Shown piece by piece: positions 9,780 to 19,272 of a stretch of 24,462 nt of DNA (positions within the stretch are counted from its first letter, which is position 1; each line of letters opens with the position of its first letter). The notes under the pieces are model-generated. The model made no database searches and was not told the DNA's origin. It worked only from the letters and a program-made list of their open reading frames with translations. The position numbers and the translations under genes are program-made. Location of the stretch: NCBI RefSeq assembly GCF_006345805.1, contig NW_021836352.1, positions 1 to 24,462 of the forward strand. Direction: 5' to 3'. This DNA is from Octopus sinensis (lineage: Eukaryota).

Positions 9780-10300
9780 AAACAGTAAAAACAGTAAAAG
9801 ACAGAACAATGAGACCAAAACAGTAAAACAAACGATGAGGGATGTTAAGTCATGACGATGGAAAAAGTATTGTGAACCCTTAAGGAGACAGCTTATGAAA
9901 GAGATAGGATAAGTTAGTCTGGTCTTGGTGAAGATAGCAGTTGGAAAGATGGCTTCCCTCTGATCCCGTGTCAGTGACGAGAGAGTCGAGGAGGAGGAAG
10001 AGTAAGAGAGAGGGAACGGTGAAGGGGAGAGGAGGAGAATAGGGAAGGGTGGGACAGCCCTCATCGTTTGTTTATATATATATAGCCAATCCAAACAAGA
10101 ACAAACAAGAGAAAAAAAAAGCAAGAAAAGACAACAACACGAGGACGTGGTACAGGTACTGTGTGATTGGACGCCTAGGAAATGAAAGAAAAGAAAGAGG
10201 ATTTCAGGTTTCGAGCGGAGCTCTTCATCAGAAATATAGAAAAAGTCCAAGGAAAGGAAGACGGAGAAAGAAAATCGCCAGCCGAAATTTCGAGGATGAT
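9780..10300 (-). mobile_element. Family Q repeat: putative PLE 5' region (hammerhead motif, UTR, possible ORF start)
   Basis: 10085-10300 is homologous to 10998-11198. A minimal hammerhead-like motif lies at 10201-10235. The downstream frame QREAIFPTAIFTKTRLTYPISFISCLLKG only weakly resembles a PLE ORF start. Confidence 0.5.
10201..10235 (-). ncRNA. Minimal hammerhead motif, probably inactive
   Basis: Minus strand: ATTT CTGATGA A GAGC TCC GCTC GAAA C-C-T-G AAAT. The cleavage triplet is mutated to CUG. Confidence 0.55.
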
Positions 10301-10557
10301 CCGGTTCTTGATTGAAGATTAAAGGCTTCGAATGACCCGTCCGTGTGTTTTGTATCGTCTATCTGGATGTTTTGCGTTCTTGTCCCATTTTGTAATTTTT
10401 TTTTTATATATATACATACACATACATATATATATACCTATATATATACATATATATATACATACATAGATACATACATACACACACACCACCACACACA
10501 CAACACACACACAACACACACACACATATATATATATTATATATATATATATATATA

Positions 10558-10923
10558 CTAGCAGTATCGCCCGGCGTTGCTCAGGTTTGTAAGGGAAATA
10601 ACTATAAAGCATTTTTAGAGAGTTATAGCCAAAAAATAGCAAAAAAATGGAAAAAAAAATGATGGTAAATTTTTTTTTTAGTTAAAAAAAGGGGAGTTGC
10701 GTCCCCTAGACAGTTTGTGTTTCTGATTCTGGACCCCATGTCGAATTTATCGATTTTTTTCAGAACTGGGGGAACTTTTCAAAATTTTCGCTGCGTTAGT
10801 TTGAATTATGACATTGAGCTATGTGTGTGTCAAGTTTCATCAGAATCGTTGAAAGCCGTGGTCAGGGTGAAGGTACAGCAAGCAGACACACAGAAACACG
10901 CACAGACAAACTGCCGTTTATAT

Positions 10924-10928
<5 letters not shown>
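10558..10928 (-). mobile_element. Non-autonomous Helitron H1
   Basis: Minus strand: A|TCTCTATATAAACGGCAG ... CCTGAGCAACGCCGGG hairpin GATACTG CTAG|T, inserted at AT in a (TA)n tract. Confidence 0.85.
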
Positions 10929-10962
<34 letters not shown>

Positions 10963-10997
10963 TATATATATGTGTGTGGTGTGTGTGTATAGTTAAT

Positions 10998-11198
10998 CCA
11001 AACATGAAAACACAAAGAGAAAACACAACAACGTGGAACAAGTATAGTGTTATTGGATGCCCAGGAAAGGAAAGAAAGAAGGAAAATTTAACGTTTCGAG
11101 CGGAGCTCTTCGTCAGAAACACAAGAAAAGGAAAGATCCAAGGAAGGGAAGACGGAAGAAAAAATTCGCCAACGATACACAAGCAGTCACATTTTGAA
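10998..11198 (-). mobile_element. Family Q repeat (putative PLE terminus)
   Basis: Homologous to 10085-10300 and contains a hammerhead motif. Confidence 0.6.
11086..11120 (-). ncRNA. Minimal type I hammerhead motif with palindromic loop-less helix III
   Basis: Minus strand: GTTT CTGACGA A GAGC TCC GCTC GAAA CGT T|AAAT. The core is intact (one extra A), with an ACGU palindrome and a GUU triplet. Confidence 0.65.
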
Positions 11199-11200
11199 TG

Positions 11201-11252
<52 letters not shown>

Positions 11253-11258
11253 GCCATG

Positions 11259-11550
11259 TGGAGGCACATTGCCTAGTGGTTAGAGCAACGGACTCGCGGT
11301 CGAGGTATCGCGGGTTCGAATCTCAGACCGGTTGATGTGTGTGTTTATGAACAAAAAAACCTAAGCTCCACGCGACTCTGGCAGAAGGTAATGGCGAACT
11401 TCTGCTGACTCTTTCGCCACAACTTTCTCTGACTCTTTCCTCCTGTATCTTGCAGCTCACCTGTAACGGACCGGTGTCCCGTCAATGTGGAGAACCTATA
11501 CGCCAAGGAAACCGGGAAACCGGCCCTAATGAGCCAGGCGTGGCTCGAGA
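11259..11550 (+). mobile_element. SINE family C variant, tail type 2
   Basis: GGAGGCACATTGCCTAGTGGTTAGAGC..GGTTCGAATC head. The body matches family C up to CCTGTATCT, then diverges. Confidence 0.8.
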
Positions 11551-11645
11551 AGGAACAAAGAAATATACATATATATACACACACATGCATACACATATAT
11601 CTATACACACACATACATACATATATATACATACATATACATATA

Positions 11646-12027
11646 TCTTTCTCTATATAAACGGCAGTTTGTCTGTGCGTTTTCTGTGTGTCTGTTTTCT
11701 CGTACCTTCACTCTGACCACGGCTTTCAACCGATTCTGATGAAACTTGACACACACATAGTCCAATGTCATAATTCAAAACTAACGCAGCGAAAATTCTG
11801 AAAAGTTCCCCCAGTTCTGAAAAAAATCGATAAATTCGACATGGGGTCGAGAATCAGAAACCCAAACCACAGACCGTCTAGGGGACACAACTCCACCTTT
11901 TTAACTCTCAAAAAAAAATTTACCATAATTTTTTCCATTTTTTTGCTATTTTTTGGATATAACTCTCTAAAAATGCTTTATAGTTATTTCCCTTACAAAC
12001 CTGAGCAACGCCGGGCGATACTGCTAG
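11646..12027 (+). mobile_element. Non-autonomous Helitron H2, same subfamily as H1 and inverted relative to it
   Basis: TCTTTCTCTATATAAACGGCAG 5' end, hairpin, and CTAG|T at 12024-12027. Colinear with the reverse complement of H1. Confidence 0.85.
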
Positions 12028-12054
12028 TGTATATATATATGTATATGTATATGT

Positions 12055-12436
12055 GGAGGCGCAATGGCCCAGTGGTTAGGGCAGCGGACTCGCGGTCGTA
12101 GGATCGCGGTTTCGATTCCCAGACCGGGCGTTGTGAGTGTTTATTGAGCGAAAACACCTAAAGCTCCACGAGGCTCCGGCAGGGGATGGTGGTGATCCCT
12201 GCTGTACTCTTTCACCACAACTTTCTCTCACTCTTACTTCCTGTTTCTGTTGTACCTGTATTTCAAAGGGCCGGCCTTGTCACTCTCTGTGTCACGCTGA
12301 ATATCCCCGAGAACTACGTTAAGGGTACACGTGTCTGTGGAGTGCTCAGCCACTTACACGTTAATTTCACGAGCAGGCTGTTCCGTTGATCGGATCAACC
12401 GGAACCCTCGTCGTCGGAACCGACGGAGTGCTTCCA
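12055..12436 (+). mobile_element. SINE family C, full length, tail type 3
   Basis: A-box TGGCCCAGTGG, B-box GTTTCGATTCC. Ends ..CGACGGAGTGCTTCCA at a TA microsatellite. Confidence 0.88.
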
Positions 12437-12639
12437 TATATGTATATGTATGTGTGTGTATATACATATATATACATATACACTCATACATATACACACA
12501 CATATATATATATACACATACATATAAATATATGTATATATATACACATAAATATACATATACATAGTATGTAAATACATATATATATATGTAAATGTAT
12601 GTATATATTTATACATATATATTTATATATATGTATTTA

Positions 12640-12684
<45 letters not shown>

Positions 12685-13571
12685 ATATGTATATATATAT
12701 ATTTTTATATGTATGCATATATATATATAAATGTATGTATGTATGTATGTATGTATGTATATATGTATGAATGTATGTTTGTATGTGTATATGTATGTAT
12801 GTATGTATGTATACATGTATGCATGTATATATGTATGCATGTATGCATGTATATATGTATGCATGTATGTATGTATGTATGTATGTATGTGTGCATGTGT
12901 TTATGTGTGCATGTGTCTGTGCATATAAAGAGATAAAGAGTAACGATGATTAAAAGAAAGGAAATAAATAACACAAAGCAAAAGACAGAAGCTAAAAGAA
13001 AAAAAGAAAAAAAACATAACAAAGATTATAAAAAAGATTATAAAAGAAAAGAACAAAGAAGCAACACACAGTGTTCATTGCTGTTTGGTTATAGGTTAGA
13101 GAAATCTTACTTGGTCACCAATGCATTGTAAGCGTAAGAGCTAAGCTTTCTTGGAGAATGCCTTAACTTCTAACCTTATCTGTAAGCGGCAACTTATCTT
13201 CCAGTTTTTCTTCTTCTTCCCAGAATATAGAAATTTCTGCCTTTAGAAAGTAATACACGTGACTGGTTGAACACGTAACTAATAGAGTTCTTAAGTTGTT
13301 TCCTTTTTCTTTTTTTTTCTTTTGCCATTTTTCTTTTTTTTTTCTGTTTCTTTTCTTTGCGGTGATTTTTTTTTGTTGTTCTTTTTCGGTAAGCTTCTAC
13401 TAGTTTATTGAAACCACATACCATGTTGTTGTAGACATGAAATATGACTGTATGTATGTATGTATGTATGTATGCATGTATGTATGTATGTATGTATGTA
13501 TGCATGTGTATGTATGTATGTATGTATGTATGTATGTGTGATGCACACGTGCACACGCACACACATACATA

Positions 13572-13611
<40 letters not shown>

Positions 13612-13625
13612 AGTATGTATATATA

Positions 13626-14888
13626 TCAGCTCATCCCATAAGTTCTGTCCGATTTTACCTTTTTTAAAATTGAATGAAATTTAATAGTATTTTAAAATGT
13701 GTAATGGAATTAAAAATTACTTTTATGCATTTGTATACAAACTAATTAAATATTATTTTACAGAATAATAAAATTAAAATTTCTTTGATTAAAACCCTTT
13801 CTAACATGGAAGTATCCGAAGAGCATTTAAGGCACATAATGCTTCATGAGTACAAAAAAAAGGAAACTCTGCAGCCGAAGCGACTCGAAACATACACGCA
13901 GTTTATGGGAAAGAAATCTTGAATGAAAGAACTTGCAGAAGATGGTTTGCAAAATTCAGTAGTGGAATTTTCAGCCTTGAGATGAAGATCGAAGAGGACG
14001 TCCAGTTGAGTTTGATGATAGCTCCTTGAGGCATTACTTGAAAAATCTGCATTATCAGTTGAAGAATTGGCAATAAAGCTAGTTCAAACCATACAACTGT
14101 TCATCGTCATCTTCAATAACTTAGAACGTTCCTCAACTTGGAAAATGGGTGCTTCATGAATTGTCCGAAAGCAACCGCAAATTCCGAGTTGACATCTGCT
14201 CTTCTCTCCATTCTCGCGAACTCATTTCACCCTTTTTGGATAGACTTGTGACTGGTGACGAAAAATGGATCTTCTATCAAAATGTTAAAAGTCGTAAACA
14301 GTGGCTTGGTAAAAAGGGAAAAAGCTCAACCACAACCGAGAAGGGAACTTCATGGAAAAAAAGGTTCTTCTTTCTATCTGGTGGGATTGCAAAGGAGTAA
14401 TTCACTTTGAATTGTTACCACCTAATGCAACAATCAATGCTCAATCCTACTGTCAGCAATTAGAGCGTTTGAACCAAGCTTTGAAGAAAAAAGACCCGCT
14501 TTAGTGAATCGAAAAGGCGTGATGTTTCATTAGGACATGCGCGACACCACACTGCAAAGATCGCATCTCAGAAGATCGAAGAGCTTGGTTTTGAAAAAAT
14601 TCTCATCCCCTTATTCTCCCGACCTTGCTCCTTCAGACTACCATTTGTTTCATAGTTTACAGAATCATTTGGGGAACATAACTTTCGCAAGCCAGGAAGA
14701 GGTCCGAACTGACATTTCAGGGTTCTTCGCTTTGAAACCAAAGAGTTTACATTTATGGATTAAAAAGCTGTAAATAGATGGAAGGAAGTCATAGATAATC
14801 AGGGAAAGTACAATGATGATTAAATTTCAATTAAATATAACATTTGATCACTTGTTTTCTTTATTGAAAATTCGGACAGATGACCTGA
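13626..14888 (+). mobile_element. Near full-length mariner element (1263 bp) inserted in (TA)n
   Basis: Left TIR TCAGCTCATCCCATAAGTTCTGTCCGATTTT. The right TIR reverse complement is TCAGGTCAT----------CTGTCCGAATTTT (10-bp deletion). TA on both sides. Confidence 0.92.
13806..14823 (+). pseudogene. Mariner transposase pseudogene (DD34D type)
   Basis: MEVSEEHLRHIMLHEY.., KWVLHELS, LVTGDEKWIFYQN, FH*D, PYSPDLAPSDYHLF, VNRWKEVIDNQGKYNDD*. Multiple frameshifts. Confidence 0.92.
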
Positions 14889-14952
14889 TATATATATATA
14901 TATATGTATGTATGCATGTATGTATATATGTATGTATGTATGTATGTATGTA

Positions 14953-14983
<31 letters not shown>

Positions 14984-15089
14984 TGTATGTATGTACGTAG
15001 GTATGGTTATATACATATATATGTCCAAATAATGTATGTATATATATATTACATATATATGTGTGTGTGCATATCTATCTATCTATCTA

Positions 15090-15163
<74 letters not shown>

Positions 15164-15172
15164 ATCTATCTA

Positions 15173-15237
<65 letters not shown>

Positions 15238-15437
15238 AAATAGAAAGATGAATTCTTGTAGTAGATTAATCAAAAGTTTACCGTTACCTTAGTAGCAAAA
15301 ATCACAGCAGTAAACAGCACGGTTGGAGGTACAACCATATGGTGTTGCAACCGTGCGTTGGTGCGGATAATTGAAATTAAAACATTATTGGTGAATTGAA
15401 GAAATGGAGCTGAACGCAGATTGAACAGAAATCGTTT

Positions 15438-15531
15438 TATTTCATTCTACACGTGTTTCGAAAGGCACAAATTACCAAAATCCGATTGAATAATGGGACC
15501 ATATTGTGTCTTTCTCTTCAGGAAGAAAATA
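15438..15531 (-). ncRNA. Type I hammerhead ribozyme (mirror copy, one helix I mismatch)
   Basis: Reverse complement of 16435-16528 except GAATG versus GAAGG in helix I. Confidence 0.75.
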
Positions 15532-16434
15532 GGAAATCCGTTGGAAAAACAAAAACAGAACAGAGGCAGAGCAAAAACAAATCGAACTATGCTCCTAAGA
15601 GCCCATGGCGAAACTGTTTATCAGTGTATGTTGAGAACCGGTGGCTGAAGAATTTAACGGGTCAGGCATCGGTCAATCATGTGGATGAGGGTGGTGTAGG
15701 TGTTCTTTGTGACCGAGAATAAAGTTCTGGACTATTTAAGGAATATTGGATGTTTTATAAGGGGCGAGAAAAATCTACTTAGAGACGTGTGTGCGTGTAT
15801 ACTGTTCTATATATGTGTGTTTGCGTAGGGGTAGAAAACATTTTTTGTGTACGTGTGTGCGTTTGATCGTTCGGCTGTCAGTGGCTACTGCCGTGAGAAC
15901 CGTTGGGTGGCAGAAAAAAAATATATATATTATGTTTTATGTGTGTGTGTGTTCATCTAGCCTGCCTTGTCAAGGAAACCCCCCGCTGTTTCCTTGACAA
16001 GGTAGGCTTAGATGAACACACACACACATAAAAATATATATATATATTTTTTTTCTGCCACCCAACGGTTCTCACGGCAGTAGCCACTGACAGCCGAACG
16101 ATCAAACGCACACACGTACACAAAAATGTTTTTCTACCCTACGCCACACACACATATATAGAACAGTATACACGCACACACGTCTCTAAGTAGATTTTTT
16201 CTCGCCCCTTATAAAACATCCAATATTCCTTAAATAGTCAGAACTTTATTCTCGGTCACAAAGAACACCTACACCCCTCACCCACATGATTGACCGATGC
16301 CTGACCCGTTAAATTCTTCAGCCACCGGTTCTCAACATACACTGATAAACAGTTTCGCCATGGGCTCTTAGGAGCATAGTTCGATTTGTTTTTGCTCCGC
16401 CTCTGTTCTGTTTTTGTTTTTCCAACGGATTTCC

Positions 16435-16528
16435 TATTTTCTTCCTGAAGAGAAAGACACAATATGGTCCCATTATTCAATCGGATTTTGGTAATTTGTG
16501 CCTTTCGAAACACGTGTAGAAGGAAATA
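16435..16528 (+). ncRNA. Type I hammerhead ribozyme with complete consensus fold
   Basis: 10-bp helix I (TATTTTCTTC/GAAGGAAATA), core CTGAAGA 16445-16451, helix II GAAAGACACAA/TTGTGCCTTTC, GAAA 16507-16510, palindromic helix III ACACGTGT. The GUA triplet predicts cleavage after 16518. Confidence 0.8.
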
Positions 16529-16590
16529 AAACGATTTCTGTTCAATCTGCGTTCAGCTCCATTTCTTCAATTCACCAATATATATATATA

Positions 16591-16978
16591 CTAGCAGTAT
16601 CGCCCGGCGTTGCTCGGTTTGTAAGGAAATAATTATAAGCATTTTTAGAGATGTAAAGTATAATAGCCATCTCAATATGGCTAACCACAAAGGGGGAGGG
16701 GGCGTTACTGTAGCTTTTTACGTTCTGAGATTTAATAATAAATTTTAGAGAGTTACTTCCCTTATATATGTCAAAAATGGATTAAAAATGGGAAAAATTG
16801 ATGGTAATTTTTTTTAAATCGTAGACTCATCGTAGACGCGCGCTAATAACCAGACGGTCTCGATATGAATCACGACTATAAGATACCCGGTTTTGGTTAC
16901 TGCACCGCAAAATGTGGGAGTAGTTAGGAATCTAAATCGTAGGAGACAGACACACAACCTCACTTTTATATATAAAGA
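16591..16978 (-). mobile_element. Non-autonomous Helitron H3: same 3' end as H1/H2, different 5' half
   Basis: Minus strand: A|TCTTTATATATAAAAG ... CCGAGCAACGCCGGGCGATACTG CTAG|T. Confidence 0.85.
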
Positions 16979-17041
16979 TTTCCTCTATTTACATAATATT
17001 GAGGTCTCTTTCTTTCTTTTGTTATCTTACTGTTTTTACCA

Positions 17042-17084
<43 letters not shown>

Positions 17085-17156
17085 TATATATAGTTACAGA
17101 GATGACTTGCATAGCAAGTGACTTGATCTGAGATCGTGTGCTGGAACGAAAACAGT

Positions 17157-17409
17157 TGCAGCATTGAAGGTGTTTATAAGCCATTTAAGAAACACACAAA
17201 AACCGTTAGATTCACTTCAACATTTAAATTAATTTGTCAAAATATTTTTTCGTCGCTTTCAGACCGCGACCTGTTAGCACGATATTTTTGTCAGTGAACA
17301 GGTCGCGGCTCAAGCGACGAAAATTTTGGCAAATTAAATTTAAATGTTGAAGTGAATGTAACAGTTTTTGTGTGTTTCTTAAATGGCTTACAACACCTTC
17401 CACGCTGCA
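17157..17409. mobile_element. Foldback/MITE-like element with ~115-bp inverted arms and a ~21-nt loop
   Basis: 17157-17275 pairs with 17297-17409 (e.g. CCATTTAAGAAACACACAAAAAC / GTTTTTGTGTGTTTCTTAAATGG). Confidence 0.75.
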
Positions 17410-17426
17410 TATATATATACACACTA

Positions 17427-17457
<31 letters not shown>

Positions 17458-17502
17458 GTGTATATGTGTATGCATTATGTGTGTGTGTGTGTGCGTGTCT
17501 GT

Positions 17503-17708
17503 GCTTGTGATTGTCCTCCACCACTGCTTGACAACGAATGTTGGTTGTTTACATCCCTGTCACCTAGTGGTTTGACAAAGGAAACAGATAGAATAAGTAC
17601 AATGCTTACAAAAATAAAACTGGATTTGATTCATAAACTACAATCTTCAAGGCATTGCCCCAGCATGGCCACAGAGCAATGGCTGGAAAAAGCATAAGAA
17701 TAAAAGAT
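17503..17708 (+). mobile_element. Diverged 3' half of a SINE family A relative
   Basis: CTGCTTGACAAC..GATAGAATAAGTAC..CCCCAGCATGGCCACAG aligns with 3430-3600. Confidence 0.7.
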
Positions 17709-17709
17709 T

Positions 17710-17890
17710 GAGGGGGACCTCTACATGGTAGCTAGACCTGGTAGAAATAGCAGCCAAATTTCCCCAAATCACACCTTACTGTCTTATCTATGTATATATG
17801 TATGTATGAGCTATGAGGGAGACCCCTACATGGCAGCTAGACATGGTAGAAATAGCAGCCAAATCTCCCTCAAATCACACCTTACTGTCT
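17710..17890 (+). repeat. Two tandem copies (period 105 bp) of family R
   Basis: GAGGG(G/A)GACC(T/C)CTACATGG..CACACCTTACTGTCT at 17710 and 17815. Confidence 0.85.
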
Positions 17891-17943
17891 ATCTTTCTGC
17901 TACTTGGATATAGGTGTTATATTCGGCTAAAAAAACTTTCCTG

Positions 17944-18025
<82 letters not shown>

Positions 18026-18167
18026 GCACGCACGCACGCACGCACGTTAGCTTACAATTTTATTTATATATTTGCGTGTGTATGTGTTGAAAGAGGAAGT
18101 GGGAGGCAGAGTGAAAGAATCACTCACTACAGTAAGTCAATTACTTTCAATTTATTCGTTGCCCACT

Positions 18168-18405
18168 GTGTGTGTGCGTTTGCGTGTGCTGTAAACCAGA
18201 CTAAGAAAAGCATTTGACACACACACCAGAATGTGAGTTTCTGTAAATTTTGCTTATTGAGTTTAAATTTTAAAAACTGGACCTGGCATGACGCAATGCA
18301 TTGTACTCTCAAACTGCTAGGTAAATTGTAATTGAAGAAATCCTATATTGTAGATTTGTATAACTCCCAAAGGGAGGCAGATAAAATCTGCCTTTTATAA
18401 TAAGA
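18168..18405 (-). mobile_element. Second copy of the H4 5'-terminal ~240 bp, joined head-to-tail to the H4 3' end
   Basis: Near identical to ~19630-19870. It abuts CTAG at 18406. Confidence 0.85.
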
Positions 18406-18672
18406 CTAGCAGTATCGCCCGGCGTTGCTCGGGTTGTAAGGGAAATAACTATATAAGCATTTTTAGAGAGTTATAGCCAAAAAGTAGCAAAAAAATGCAT
18501 TAAAAATTGAAAAAAAATTAAGGTAAATTTTCTTTAAATCGTTGACATATCGTAGATATTTTTAGAGAGAGTTACTTCCCTTATAAAAAGCGAAAAAATG
18601 CATTAAATGGAAAAATATGATGGTAATTTTTTTTTAAATCGTAAGACGCGCGCTAATACCCAGAAGGGCTCG

Positions 18673-19272
18673 TTGTTATTCTGGGTAACTTTCTGTAAAA
18701 TTATTAAAATTTTGTTCAAACATCGCTATAGAAAAGGGTTATTAGCTAAATATTCAATTGGGTATACAACAAAATTTTACGAAAGAATTTGTTATTCTGG
18801 GTAACTTTCTGTAAATTATTAAAATTTTGTTCAAACAAACTCACTATAGAAAATGGGTTATTAGCTAATATTCAATTGGGTATACAACAAAATTTTACGA
18901 TAGAATTTGTTATTCTGGGTAACTTTCTGTAAAATTATTAAATTTTGTTCAAACATCGCTATAGAAAATGGGTTATTAGCTAATATTCAATTGGGTATAC
19001 AACAAAATTTTACGATAGAATTTGTTATTCTGGGTAACTTTCTGTAAAATTATTAAAATTTTGTTCAAACATCACTATAGAAAATGGGTTATTAGCTAAT
19101 ATTCAATTGGGTATACAACAAAATTTTACGATAGAATTTGTTATTCTGGTAACTTCTGTAAAATTATTAAAATTTTGTTCAAACATCGCTATAGAAAATG
19201 GGTTATTAGCTAATATTCAATTGGGTATACAACAAATTTTACGATAGAATTTGTTATTCTGGGTAACTTTCT
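18673..19272. repeat. Tandem array, 5 full units plus a partial unit, ~116 bp each
   Basis: Unit starts (TTGTTATTCTGG) at 18673, 18789, 18907, 19022, 19138 and 19251. Confidence 0.97.

Larger units (their letters stand above)
15386..16580. repeat. ~1.2-kb near-perfect palindrome: arms 15386-15979 and 15988-16580, 8-nt loop
   Basis: The arms are reverse complements along their whole length. Centre: CCTTGTCAAGGAAAC-CCCCCGCT-GTTTCCTTGACAAGG. Confidence 0.97.

Noticed and set aside
9414-10250. 278-aa minus-strand ORF
   Set aside because: It runs across unrelated repeats (family Q, family P, microsatellite), and its low complexity explains the lack of stops.
13194-13562. Lys/Arg-rich 122-aa ORF resembling a basic or NLS-rich protein
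   Set aside because: It derives from poly-T runs and a (TATG)n tract, with no recognisable domain.
18673-19272. Regular repeat array as a possible CRISPR
   Set aside because: The units are contiguous and identical with no unique spacers, the context is eukaryotic, and there are no cas genes.
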